Shown piece by piece: positions 30,392-38,112 of a stretch of DNA of 38,726 bases. The notes under the pieces are model-generated. The model had not been told where the DNA came from. It worked only from the letters and a program-made list of their open reading frames with translations, and did not search any database. This stretch comes from a virus (taxonomy: Duplodnaviria; Heunggongvirae; Uroviricota; Caudoviricetes). The stretch lies in IMG/VR virus record IMGVR_UViG_2541047763_000005, positions 1 through 38,726 of that record; one strand, written 5' to 3'. A program made the translations under genes and the position numbers. Within the stretch, counting starts at the first letter, position 1. Every line of letters begins with the position of its first letter.

Positions 30392-30398
30392 CACGTAA

Positions 30399-30836
30399 AT
30401 GATTAAAGAACGTATTTCTTATATCATTCCGATTGCGATGGATGAAGGCAACCCCGTAACTCCAGTTCTTATCTATGAAATGGATAAAGACTCCCATGAA
30501 GTGGATCTGTCATTTGGCGCTTTTTTTATCGGCCTTAAGGCTACAAAAAAATATTCCATAGGCATTGAGGTTTTCAATGCTCAAGAAATACCGATACCAA
30601 TTGACACAAAACTGTACTCCAACCATAAGTTTTTTACGGTAGCAGAAGCCAACGATGGAGAAACCATCGTATCAACTTCTATGAGAATTAACTTCCCAAG
30701 GGTGAAAATTATCAAGCCTGGGATATTCGAAGTTAGAGCATCACTGGTTAATCCTGAGAAAGGCGAAGTAATTGATGTAAAAAGTTCGTTTTTTGACGTG
30801 AAGATAACAGGATCAGTTCGCGATGAGTTTAGATAA
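30399..30836 (+). CDS. hypothetical soluble protein, first gene of the cI-linked cassette (rexA position)
   Basis: 145-aa ORF starting 7 nt after the cI stop with no strong ribosome-binding site; predicted beta-rich, no hydrophobic helix; AT-rich DNA; not RexA-like. Confidence 0.55.
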   Translation: MIKERISYIIPIAMDEGNPVTPVLIYEMDKDSHEVDLSFGAFFIGLKATKKYSIGIEVFNAQEIPIPIDTKLYSNHKFFTVAEANDGETIVSTSMRINFPRVKIIKPGIFEVRASLVNPEKGEVIDVKSSFFDVKITGSVRDEFR

Positions 30837-31146
30837 CAAGGTTACTCAGCTTCGTCCAAATCAAAACATATCTCGCCCAATTGGACACTATCCAACTGAT
30901 GATGCATACTCACGGCATGGTGGCGGCAATGGCGGAGGTGATGATGTGCTTCAAAGAGTGAAAGAACTCGAAAAAGATGTTCAGCAAATGAAAACCGACC
31001 TGGCTGTCATGCGCTCGAATTATGCAACCAAATCAGACGTAAGCGACGCGAAAACTTCGATAATTCTATGGGTTGTAGGTGCGGTCGTATCCTCACAACT
31101 CATACCAGCAATCCCCAAAATACTTGAAGTGTTTTTCCATAAATAA
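30823..31146 (+). CDS. hypothetical single-pass membrane protein with coiled coil, second gene of the cI-linked cassette (rexB position)
   Basis: 107-aa ORF overlapping the previous gene by 14 nt; Gly-rich N-terminus, heptad segment DDVLQRVKELEKDVQQMKTDLAVMRSNY, C-terminal hydrophobic helix ILWVVGAVVSSQLIPAIPKIL. Confidence 0.55.
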   Translation: MSLDNKVTQLRPNQNISRPIGHYPTDDAYSRHGGGNGGGDDVLQRVKELEKDVQQMKTDLAVMRSNYATKSDVSDAKTSIILWVVGAVVSSQLIPAIPKILEVFFHK

Positions 31147-31147
31147 C

Positions 31148-31176
31148 AACCCGGCCTCAGTGCCGGGTTTTCTTTG
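31148..31176 (+). terminator. rho-independent terminator ending the cI operon
   Basis: ACCCGGC-CTCAGT-GCCGGGT stem-loop followed by TTTCTTTG, 2 nt after the stop of the 107-aa gene. Confidence 0.6.
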
Positions 31177-31327
31177 CCTCTCGATCCCCACACCTAATAA
31201 CACAATAACCAATTGTATTTATTGAAAAATTGATAGATACAACTTGCTAAACAGTGCAATTCTGATCCCTCACCTACCAAACAATGCACCCCTGCAAAAA
31301 ATAAATCCATATAAAAAACATACAGAT

Positions 31328-31390
31328 AACCATCTGCGGTGATAAATTATCTCTGGCGGTGTTGACACACATACCACTAGCGGTGATACT
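31328..31390 (+). promoter_or_regulatory. left operator OL1-OL2-OL3 with promoter PL, lambda type
   Basis: OL3 31328-31344, OL2 31348-31364, OL1 31372-31388; -35 TTGACA (31362-31367) and -10 GATACT (31385-31390) with 17-bp spacing; the sequence is near-identical to the lambda PL region as I recall it. Confidence 0.85.
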
Positions 31391-31436
31391 AAACACATCA
31401 GCAGGAAGCTGGAAGCCAAACGGAACAGATTGGCAG

Positions 31437-31470
31437 GCTCTTTAACTTCGATGGGGCGCTGACAAAGCGC
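31437..31470 (+). promoter_or_regulatory. nutL (boxA + boxB), P22 type
   Basis: boxA GCTCTTTAA (31437-31445) and boxB hairpin GCGCT-GACAA-AGCGC (31456-31470), which I recall as the P22 nutL boxB. Confidence 0.6.
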
Positions 31471-31589
31471 AAACAGATACCAAACGAGATGGGTTTGGCG
31501 GTGATGTGAATTGTAGCTGCAACGACAGCAACCAGAAGATCAGCATCTGTCGCATCACCACCAAAGCCATTTCACATGAGGAAAACATC

Positions 31590-31925
31590 ATGACGGTAAT
31601 CGTATACGGGAAATCAACATTCGCAGGAAATGCCAAAACTCGCCGTCATGAGCGGCGCAGAAAGCTGGCTATTGAGCGTGATGCTATCTGTAACATCATT
31701 GATTCTATCTTCGGCACAGACAGTGAGGAACCTGTTCAGGAGGCCCCAAGAAAGCGTTTAAGCCTTTCTGAAAAAGCAATATCACTCGGAAGCCTTCGCT
31801 GCAAGAATGCAGAAGAAGTCGAGCGTAAACAGAACCGTATTTACTACCGCAAGCCACGCAGTGAAATGGGCGTGACTTGTGTTGGTCGCCAGAAAATGAA
31901 ATTAGGCAGCAAACCACTTATTTGA
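31590..31925 (+). CDS. N: antitermination protein N (P22 gene 24-type arginine-rich motif)
   Basis: Start at ATG 31590 with a GAGGA ribosome-binding site; N-terminus MTVIVYGKSTFAGNAKTRRHERRRKLAIERD matches the P22 N RNA-binding peptide; C-terminus ...RIYYRKPRSEMGVTCVGRQKMKLGSKPLI is N-like. Confidence 0.8.
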   Translation: MTVIVYGKSTFAGNAKTRRHERRRKLAIERDAICNIIDSIFGTDSEEPVQEAPRKRLSLSEKAISLGSLRCKNAEEVERKQNRIYYRKPRSEMGVTCVGRQKMKLGSKPLI

Positions 31926-31933
31926 GGTGAGAT

Positions 31934-32020
31934 ATGGAAGAAGAATTTGAAGAGTTCGAAGAGCATCCGCAGGATGTGATGGAGCAATACCAGGACTATC
32001 CGTATGACTACGACTATTGA
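31934..32020 (+). CDS. very small acidic ORF (28 aa) between N and ral
   Basis: MEEEFEEFEEHPQDVMEQYQDYPYDYDY with a GAGGTGA ribosome-binding site; overlaps the ral start; coding status uncertain. Confidence 0.3.
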   Translation: MEEEFEEFEEHPQDVMEQYQDYPYDYDY

Positions 32021-32204
32021 TAAGAATCAATGGTGTGGACAATTCAAGCGATGCAATGGATGCAAGCTGCAATCGGAATGCATGGTTAAGCCTGAAGAAA
32101 TGTTTCCTGTAATGGAGGATGGGAAATATGTCGATAAATGGGCAATACGAACTACGGCAATGATTGCCAGAGAACTTGGTAAACTGAACAACAAGGCTGC
32201 CTGA
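32004..32204 (+). CDS. ral: Ral (restriction alleviation), lambda type
   Basis: 66-aa ORF MTTTIDKNQWCGQFKRCNGCKLQSECMVKPEEMFPVMEDGKYVDKWAIRTTAMIARELGK.NNKAA, matching lambda Ral as I recall it. Confidence 0.8.
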   Translation: MTTTIDKNQWCGQFKRCNGCKLQSECMVKPEEMFPVMEDGKYVDKWAIRTTAMIARELGKLNNKAA

Positions 32205-32227
32205 TGGTGGCCTTTATTTTCTTATTT
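32195..32227 (+). terminator. putative rho-independent terminator after ral
   Basis: GGCTGCC-TGAT-GGTGGCC stem (7 bp, two G-U pairs) followed by TTTATTTTCTTATTT; the ral stop codon lies in the loop. Confidence 0.45.
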
Positions 32228-32240
32228 GAGAGGAATTAAT

Positions 32241-32864
32241 ATGTCATCAATCCGCTTAACTACGAGAATGAAAGAGGAAATCGCTCGTAACGCTTTAATT
32301 AAGTCTGGGGTTTTCACTGAACTTGAAGAAGTAACAAAGTTAAAGAACCAGCTTGCACTTGACGCCAGAGTTATTGCGTTTGGCGGTAAAAAGAAAACTG
32401 AGGAAGTGGATCAGTTATCATCCAAGTTGGTAGCTATAAGTGAAGAACTTGAAAAGATGGGATGTTCATTTTACTCATACGATGTTCGTTCTACTTCAAT
32501 TTATCTGACTGTATCTGGCAGAAGGGTTGGATGGCATTCATATGGGAAAGACGGCAACGGCGAAGATATATTGCTCCCTACTCCGACCAAAGATAAATGC
32601 ATGTTTGACGCAGAACACGAAATAACAGAAAGGTTTGATGAAATCTGCGCATTACAACAAAAACTTGAAGCAAAGAAAAAGGATATCGAATCAAATGTAT
32701 GGGCTGCTTTAAACTCAGTCACAACAGTTAAGCGACTCATTGAAGTTTGGCCTGAAAGCAAAGAATTGCTACCAAAAGAAGCAGATAAAGCAAGTACAGC
32801 ACTTCCTGCTTTACGGGTAGAAGATTTGAATAAGATGATTGGACTTCCTTCCGAGGCCGCATAG
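32241..32864 (+). CDS. hypothetical protein (207 aa) flanked by terminators in the PL operon
   Basis: ATG at 32241 with a GAGAGGA ribosome-binding site; soluble, mixed charge, no recognised motif. Confidence 0.5.
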   Translation: MSSIRLTTRMKEEIARNALIKSGVFTELEEVTKLKNQLALDARVIAFGGKKKTEEVDQLSSKLVAISEELEKMGCSFYSYDVRSTSIYLTVSGRRVGWHSYGKDGNGEDILLPTPTKDKCMFDAEHEITERFDEICALQQKLEAKKKDIESNVWAALNSVTTVKRLIEVWPESKELLPKEADKASTALPALRVEDLNKMIGLPSEAA

Positions 32865-32880
32865 TCGGCCTTTATTTTTG
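32854..32880 (+). terminator. rho-independent terminator
   Basis: AGGCCG-CATAGT-CGGCCT stem-loop followed by TTATTTTTG; the stop codon of the 207-aa gene is in the loop. Confidence 0.5.
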
Positions 32881-32998
32881 GCACTAACAACAGAATAAAC
32901 ACTGCACTGTGTATTCATTCCAACGAGTGAATACACGGAGCAATGTCGCTCGTAACTAAACAGGAGCCGACTTGTTCTGATTATTGGAAATCTTCTTT

Positions 32999-33025
32999 GC
33001 CCTCCAGTGTGAGGGCAATTTTTTT
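32999..33025 (+). terminator. rho-independent terminator-like hairpin upstream of the coiled-coil gene
   Basis: GCCCTC-CAGTGT-GAGGGC followed by AATTTTTTT; sits 12 nt before the ribosome-binding site and ATG at 33038. Confidence 0.5.
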
Positions 33026-33037
33026 GATGGAGGATAT

Positions 33038-34006
33038 ATGAGTGAAGTAACAGATTTAGTTGTTATTGAAAAAGCAAATGCAATGACTGTATTTCAGTCT
33101 GCCGACCAGATTGAAGAAATCCTTCAAAAGGTTGAACGTGAAGTTATGTCCTTTGTGCCTGATATCACAACAGCAAAGGGCAGAAAGGAGATCGCTTCTC
33201 TGGCGTATAAAGTTGCGCAGACGAAAACATATCTCGATGGTCTTGGCAAAGACCTTGTTGCTGAACTGAAGGAAATTCCAAAGCTAATTGATGCTAACCG
33301 CAAGACAGTGCGTGATCGCCTTGATGAACTGAAAGCCAAGGCGCGCCAGCCTCTTACTGATTATGAGGAGGAACAGGCACGGATTAAAGCCGAAGAAGAA
33401 GCTAAGGCAGCAGCTGAAGCTCTCGCAAAGCAAATTGAGTCTGATCATGAAATAGCTATTTTGATGGATCGCGAATTTGACCGCCAAAGAGAAGAGGCAA
33501 GACTCAAAGCGGAGCAGGAAAAGCGAGAGCATGAAGAACGCTTAAAAAGAGAAGCTGAAGAGAAAGCCAGAGCTGAAGCCGAAGCAAAGGCAAAAGCCGA
33601 AATTGAAGCAGCAGCAAGGCGAGAAGCAGAAGCTAAGGCCGCAGCGGAACGTTCAGAGCGTGAACGCATTGAAGCCGAGCAACGAGCACAGCGCGAAGCA
33701 AAAGAGGCAGCAGAACGAGCTGAAAGAGAAAAGCAGGCGGCAATTGAAGCAGAACGCCGAAAAGCACAGGAGGAGGCTGAACGAATCCGGCGCGAAGCTG
33801 AAGCAAAAGAGCAAGCCAGAATAGCAGAAGAAAAAAGAATCAAGGACGAAGAAGAGCGTAGAGCAAAGGATAAAGCTCACCGGAAAGAAGTTAATAACAA
33901 AATACTTGCTGACCTTATCAAGGTTGGCGCATCAGAAGATGTTGCTAAAAATATCATAACAGCCATCGTAAAAGGCGAAGTATTCGCAACAAAAATAACC
34001 TACTAA
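33038..34006 (+). CDS. coiled-coil protein with E/A/K/R-rich low-complexity core
   Basis: About 322 aa from the ATG preceded by GGAGGA; the central 200 residues are continuous EAxxKAxAE-type helical repeats; structured N- and C-terminal segments. Confidence 0.5.
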   Translation: MSEVTDLVVIEKANAMTVFQSADQIEEILQKVEREVMSFVPDITTAKGRKEIASLAYKVAQTKTYLDGLGKDLVAELKEIPKLIDANRKTVRDRLDELKAKARQPLTDYEEEQARIKAEEEAKAAAEALAKQIESDHEIAILMDREFDRQREEARLKAEQEKREHEERLKREAEEKARAEAEAKAKAEIEAAARREAEAKAAAERSERERIEAEQRAQREAKEAAERAEREKQAAIEAERRKAQEEAERIRREAEAKEQARIAEEKRIKDEEERRAKDKAHRKEVNNKILADLIKVGASEDVAKNIITAIVKGEVFATKITY

Positions 34007-34030
34007 TAAAACCAACATAAGGAACCACCC

Positions 34031-34162
34031 ATGATTTACGCAATCGCGGGAGGCGCTCGCATGGGTGCCTTCCAACTAAATGAATCTTTACTTGAACGAA
34101 TCACCCGTAAATTACGTGACGGATGGAAAAGAGTTGAGGTCTTATTATGCGCAATGAAATAA
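34031..34162 (+). CDS. cIII: CIII-like protease inhibitor (43 aa, below the ORF-track cutoff)
   Basis: Hand translation MIYAIAGGARMGAFQLNESLLERITRKLRDGWKRVEVLLCAMK; the core ESLLERITRKLRDGWKR is the conserved lambda CIII helix. Confidence 0.75.
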   Translation: MIYAIAGGARMGAFQLNESLLERITRKLRDGWKRVEVLLCAMK

Positions 34163-34299
34163 CCATCAATCACCAGATGCTTCGTGCAGCACAAAACAAA
34201 GCAGTAATAGCCAGATTTATTGGTGATTCAAAAATGTGGCTTGAAGCAAATAAAGCGATGAAATCAGCTATCAACCTTCCGTGGTATCGCAGGAAATGA
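34147..34299 (+). CDS. small protein in the kil position
   Basis: 50-aa ORF MRNEITINHQMLRAAQNKAVIARFIGDSKMWLEANKAMKSAINLPWYRRK overlapping the cIII 3' end; kil-like by position only. Confidence 0.35.
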   Translation: MRNEITINHQMLRAAQNKAVIARFIGDSKMWLEANKAMKSAINLPWYRRK

Positions 34300-34454
34300 G
34301 TTTTACAGATAACTGGTCAGACGAAGAATTCATTCGTCAGATGAAAGAATTAATCGGTAACGAAGGAGATATTCATGTCACTTGCAACCACAGTGAAGGA
34401 GAGCAAGTTACAGAGACGCATGTACACGCAGAAAGCTCTCTGGTATCGCCATAA
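34296..34454 (+). CDS. small hypothetical protein (52 aa)
   Basis: ATGA overlap with the previous stop; MSFTDNWSDEEFIRQMKELIGNEGDIHVTCNHSEGEQVTETHVHAESSLVSP. Confidence 0.3.
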   Translation: MSFTDNWSDEEFIRQMKELIGNEGDIHVTCNHSEGEQVTETHVHAESSLVSP

Positions 34455-34555
34455 TGGTGACCGCGAAGGAATGCGGGTATGCCTTAATTTGTCCCGAGTC
34501 GAAGTATTAAATCAGCGTTATTTCCTTGGGCCGTGTCCATTCTGAGAACAATCAT

Positions 34556-35161
34556 ATGAGCAAAGAATTTTACGCAAGACTGGCAGCTATTCAGGAGAAT
34601 CTGAACGCGCCAAAGAATCAGTACAACTCATTCGGCAAATATAAATACAGAAGCTGCGAAGATATTCTTGAAGGCGTTAAGCCGTTACTGAATGGTCTGT
34701 TTTTATCAATCAGCGATGAAGTTGTGTTGATTGGTGATCGGTATTACGTGAAAGCAACGGCAACTATTACTGATGGCGAAAACAGTCATACAGCAACCGC
34801 TCTTGCACGAGAGGAAGAAAGCAAGAAAGGAATGGATTCTGCACAAGTTACGGGAGCTACAAGCTCTTATGCACGCAAGTATTGCCTCAATGGTTTGTTC
34901 GGCATTGATGATGCGAAAGATGCAGATACCGACGAGCATAAACATCAGCAGAACGCAGCAGCAAAGCAATCAAAGCCATCACCTACACCTGAACAGGTTT
35001 TAAAGGCATTCACTGACGCAGCAATGCAGAAAAACACCGTGGAAGAGCTTAAACAGGCGTTCGCCAAAGCGTGGAAGATGCTCGAAGGCACACCGGAGCA
35101 GCACAAAGCGCAGGACGTTTACAACATCAGACGAGACGAATTAGAAGGAGCGGCTGCTTAA
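34556..35161 (+). CDS. erf: Erf-family single-strand annealing recombinase
   Basis: 201 aa from the ATG at 34556; motifs KYKYRSCEDIL and GATSSYARKYCLNGLFGIDD are characteristic of the Erf family; same place as erf in P22. Confidence 0.8.
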   Translation: MSKEFYARLAAIQENLNAPKNQYNSFGKYKYRSCEDILEGVKPLLNGLFLSISDEVVLIGDRYYVKATATITDGENSHTATALAREEESKKGMDSAQVTGATSSYARKYCLNGLFGIDDAKDADTDEHKHQQNAAAKQSKPSPTPEQVLKAFTDAAMQKNTVEELKQAFAKAWKMLEGTPEQHKAQDVYNIRRDELEGAAA

Positions 35162-35544
35162 TGGCACATTCGATTACTGTAAGACTAAACAAACCCGCAA
35201 GAGAGTTTCAGGCCGGGGAAAATATCGGATTCAACATCCGTGCTGGCGTTCAGTATTACGATCGCCAGACAAAAAAGAAAGAATGGACAAACTACAGCGC
35301 CGTTGTATTTGCCAAGCCGGGAGCGCAAGCGGATTACTACCGTAGCGTTCTTGTTGAAGGTGGCATTGTGGAAATTACCGGAGAAAACATCAGGGTTGAT
35401 GTTTATCAGGGGCAAAATGGTCTATCAATCACTCTTGAATTACTGAATGCAAAGATTGGATTTGCAGCTTCAGGAAATGACCCGCAGCAGCAAAGTAGTA
35501 ACCAGCAGAACACTCCTGTATACGACGATTCCATCCCATTCTGA
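35161..35544 (+). CDS. small SSB-like protein with acidic C-terminal tail
   Basis: 127 aa; the ATG overlaps the erf stop (TAATG); C-terminal ...QQNTPVYDDSIPF resembles the SSB amphipathic tail (DDDIPF); Gln-rich linker. Confidence 0.55.
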   Translation: MAHSITVRLNKPAREFQAGENIGFNIRAGVQYYDRQTKKKEWTNYSAVVFAKPGAQADYYRSVLVEGGIVEITGENIRVDVYQGQNGLSITLELLNAKIGFAASGNDPQQQSSNQQNTPVYDDSIPF

Positions 35545-35567
35545 TTCAGAAAAATAAGGATTCCATT

Positions 35568-35861
35568 ATGCCAGCGCCTCTGTATGGTGCGGATGACCCG
35601 CGCCGCTGTTCCGGCAATTCCATATCGGAGGTGCTGGATAAATTCAGAAAAAACCACGATCGAATAATGTCTCTACCGCAGGAAACGAAAGAGGAAAAGG
35701 AATTTCGCCATTGTATATGGCTTGCAGAGAAAGAAGAACGCGAGCGAATTTACCAGGCATCAATCCGACCATTCCGCAAAGCCACATATACCCACTTCCC
35801 TGAAATTGACCCGCGCCTGCGTAATTACCGCTCACGCTATGGCGCTATCAGTAATGACTGA
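35568..35861 (+). CDS. hypothetical protein (97 aa)
   Basis: ATG with an AAGGA ribosome-binding site; basic protein; an Abc2-like anti-RecBCD role is possible from position after erf, but this is speculative. Confidence 0.4.
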   Translation: MPAPLYGADDPRRCSGNSISEVLDKFRKNHDRIMSLPQETKEEKEFRHCIWLAEKEERERIYQASIRPFRKATYTHFPEIDPRLRNYRSRYGAISND

Positions 35862-35871
35862 GGAATTTACC

Positions 35872-36036
35872 ATGAGAGGACTTGCATACAATCCCGGCAT
35901 TCTTCCGGCAGAAATGATTATTCGCCAACGCGTAAAGCCAATGCCATCGAGAGAGGAATTGCTTAAGAGAAATTCTTTTCCTTCAGTGAATCAAAACAAA
36001 TATCTGAATGCGATGTGGCGGAGTGGGAAGAAATGA
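35872..36036 (+). CDS. small hypothetical protein (54 aa)
   Basis: Internal ATG of track ORF 35722..36036, preceded by GAGGA and starting right after the stop of the 97-aa gene. Confidence 0.3.
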   Translation: MRGLAYNPGILPAEMIIRQRVKPMPSREELLKRNSFPSVNQNKYLNAMWRSGKK

Positions 36037-36515
36037 AACAAATGTCACTAATTGAGATGGATGGATTTCTGAAAGGTAAATGCATCCCAAGTGATTTAAA
36101 GGTTAACGAAACAAACGCTGAATACCTTGTCCGTAAGTTCGGTGAACTTGAATCAAAACTGGAAACGGCGTTGCGGGAGTGTAGTTCTGCTGGAATCACG
36201 ATTGATAACCTTGAGGCTAAATGCGCGAAGATGGCTGCTGAAAATACCTCACTTAAGCAATCTGAGAAGGAATTTAATGACTTTTGTCGTGAGGAGTTTA
36301 GCGAATGGGAAGATGATGTTACTGAAACCCCAGCCACCGATGCTTTCCTGGCTGAAGTACGGGCGCAGGGGGTAGAGATGTACGCAGATAACCTCGACAA
36401 CGGAGCAGACGACGCAGAACGAGGTGGTTTTGATGATGCCGTTAAGTTTCTACGCAGTGAAGCGTCTGGTGTACGTTTGTTCGCCGACCAGCTTCGCAAA
36501 GGAGGCAACCAGTGA
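36033..36515 (+). CDS. hypothetical acidic protein
   Basis: ATG at 36033 overlaps the previous stop (ATGA); 160 aa, acidic, helical. Confidence 0.4.
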   Translation: MKQMSLIEMDGFLKGKCIPSDLKVNETNAEYLVRKFGELESKLETALRECSSAGITIDNLEAKCAKMAAENTSLKQSEKEFNDFCREEFSEWEDDVTETPATDAFLAEVRAQGVEMYADNLDNGADDAERGGFDDAVKFLRSEASGVRLFADQLRKGGNQ

Positions 36516-36997
36516 GCAAGATTGATTATCAGGCACTGCGTGAGGCGGCAGAACGTGCAATTACGGCAATGGAACGCCTGTTAATGTTGCCAGTTGATGA
36601 TGATCTGATAAGCGAACAGGAACTTAAAGATTACGGTGTGGATATTGATGCGCTCAACGCCTTCAAATTTCTGGCCGGACCAGAAACCGTGCTGGCGCTG
36701 CTGGATGAACGGGAAAGAAACCAGCAATACATCAAATCCCGCGACCAGGAGAACGAGGAAATTGCGCTAACGGTAGGGAAGCTGCGCGTTGAGCTTGAAG
36801 CAGAAAAACAGCGGGCAAAAGTTCTATTTATGGAAAATGCTCGGCTTAAGTCAGGCATAGCCGGTCTGATACACCTCGGTATTCGATATGCAGATGTTGA
36901 GGTCATGAAAATTGCTGGAGATGCCCAGCTTTCTACCCCATGCACTGACAGCATCATAAACAGCATTGCAACAGGCATTCGCATCAAAGGAGAGTGA
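36512..36997 (+). CDS. hypothetical protein with coiled coil
   Basis: GTG start preceded by AGGAGG and overlapping the upstream stop; 161 aa. Confidence 0.4.
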   Translation: MSKIDYQALREAAERAITAMERLLMLPVDDDLISEQELKDYGVDIDALNAFKFLAGPETVLALLDERERNQQYIKSRDQENEEIALTVGKLRVELEAEKQRAKVLFMENARLKSGIAGLIHLGIRYADVEVMKIAGDAQLSTPCTDSIINSIATGIRIKGE

Positions 36998-36998
36998 T

Positions 36999-37196
36999 AT
37001 GGATAAAAACACCACTGCTTACTGGAATCTGTCACTTGATACCGAATGCCCAAAATGCGGTCACAATTTCGATCTGCTTTGTGATGCTGATTTCTGGGAG
37101 TTTTCTGGAGCTAAACAGGCATGTGAAGAAATAAAAGGTTACGAAACATGCTGTCCAGAATGTAACCATGAATTTAAAACAGATTTCGTGTATTGA
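36999..37196 (+). CDS. small zinc-ribbon-like protein
   Basis: 65 aa from the ATG after GGAGAG; two CxxC pairs (CPKCGH ... CCPECNH). Confidence 0.4.
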   Translation: MDKNTTAYWNLSLDTECPKCGHNFDLLCDADFWEFSGAKQACEEIKGYETCCPECNHEFKTDFVY

Positions 37197-37206
37197 GGCA
37201 TAACAA

Positions 37207-37818
37207 ATGACCACTATTACCAGAGAACAGGCACAGAAAATTATTGAAGCAGCCGATGAGGTTATTAGTGCGCTGGCCGGAACTAATGAGGATGTTAACC
37301 CTGATAGCAATGACATGCTACGTCTGTGGGATGACCTGAATGACCGTCACGCGCCCCCTGAAGTTGTGCGTGAGCTGGCACGAATTGCGCTGGCATCGCT
37401 GGGAGCAGAACCTGTAAGCCAAGCTTACAACTTGCCAGAATTAATCGAAGGCATGGAGGTTTCCATTGATGTAAGCACTTGTGATGCGGATTTAGGTAAT
37501 CGCTATTTCGGTACCGTCACCGAGGCGTTAGAACTTGATACTGCCAAGAATGGTTACATCCTCCTGGTTCAGGACGCAGAGCCAAACTTCGATGTAAATG
37601 GCAACTCTCCGGTAACTCCAGATGGTTGGATAAGCTGTAGTGAGCGAATGCCCCCTCAAGATGATTGGATTTTAATTTATTCAAAGCACGGCGAGTATAT
37701 GGCAGGACAGGTACAAGGGGAATACGTGGAGTTGAGCGACGGCACTTTATCGTGGTTAGGGAACGTCTTGTTCTGGATGCCGCTACCAGAACCTCCGCAG
37801 GAGGTTAACCGTGGCTAA
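37207..37818 (+). CDS. hypothetical protein with DUF551-like C-terminal domain
   Basis: 203-aa ORF; the C-terminal segment WISCSERMPPQDDWILIYSK...WLGNVLFWMPLPEPP resembles the DUF551 pattern common in enterobacterial prophage early regions (recollection). Confidence 0.45.
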   Translation: MTTITREQAQKIIEAADEVISALAGTNEDVNPDSNDMLRLWDDLNDRHAPPEVVRELARIALASLGAEPVSQAYNLPELIEGMEVSIDVSTCDADLGNRYFGTVTEALELDTAKNGYILLVQDAEPNFDVNGNSPVTPDGWISCSERMPPQDDWILIYSKHGEYMAGQVQGEYVELSDGTLSWLGNVLFWMPLPEPPQEVNRG

Positions 37819-37850
37819 CCTGCAACTTGCCGTCAAAGGTGAATAACAAT

Positions 37851-37906
37851 CCTCGCACTCGCGGGGATTTCTTTTATCTGAACTCGCTACGGCGAGTTTT
37901 GTTTTA
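37851..37906 (+). terminator. tandem rho-independent terminators
   Basis: Hairpin 1 CCTCGC-ACTC-GCGGGG plus ATTTCTTTT (37851-37876); hairpin 2 ACTCGC-TACG-GCGAGT plus TTTGTTTT (37882-37906). Confidence 0.5.
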
Positions 37907-37918
37907 TGGAGATGATAA

Positions 37919-38086
37919 ATGCACTTCCGAGTCACAGGTGAATGGAATGGAGAGCCATTCGACAGGGTTATCGAAGCAGAGGACATCAACGACTGCTATA
38001 ACCACTGGATGATATGGGCGCAGATAGCGCATGCAGACGTAACCAATATTCGAATTGAAGAACTGAAAGAACACCAAGACGCCTGA
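37919..38086 (+). CDS. small hypothetical protein (55 aa)
   Basis: Hand-translated ORF MHFRVTGEWNGEPFDRVIEAEDINDCYNHWMIWAQIAHADVTNIRIEELKEHQDA; starts just after the tandem terminators. Confidence 0.3.
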   Translation: MHFRVTGEWNGEPFDRVIEAEDINDCYNHWMIWAQIAHADVTNIRIEELKEHQDA

Positions 38087-38112
38087 TGGCGGTTTTTTAT
38101 TGGAGACAAGAA

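Noticed and set aside
33124-33880. Several overlapping ORFs on both strands (33124..33339 -, 33284..33532 -, 33445..33843 -, 33603..33824 +, 33653..33880 -) inside the coiled-coil gene
   Set aside because: They are shadow ORFs created by the repetitive GAA/GCA/AAA codon composition of the E/A/K/R repeat; their products are low-complexity Ser/Ala/Phe/Leu strings with no start context. The single long plus-strand frame with a ribosome-binding site is the real gene.
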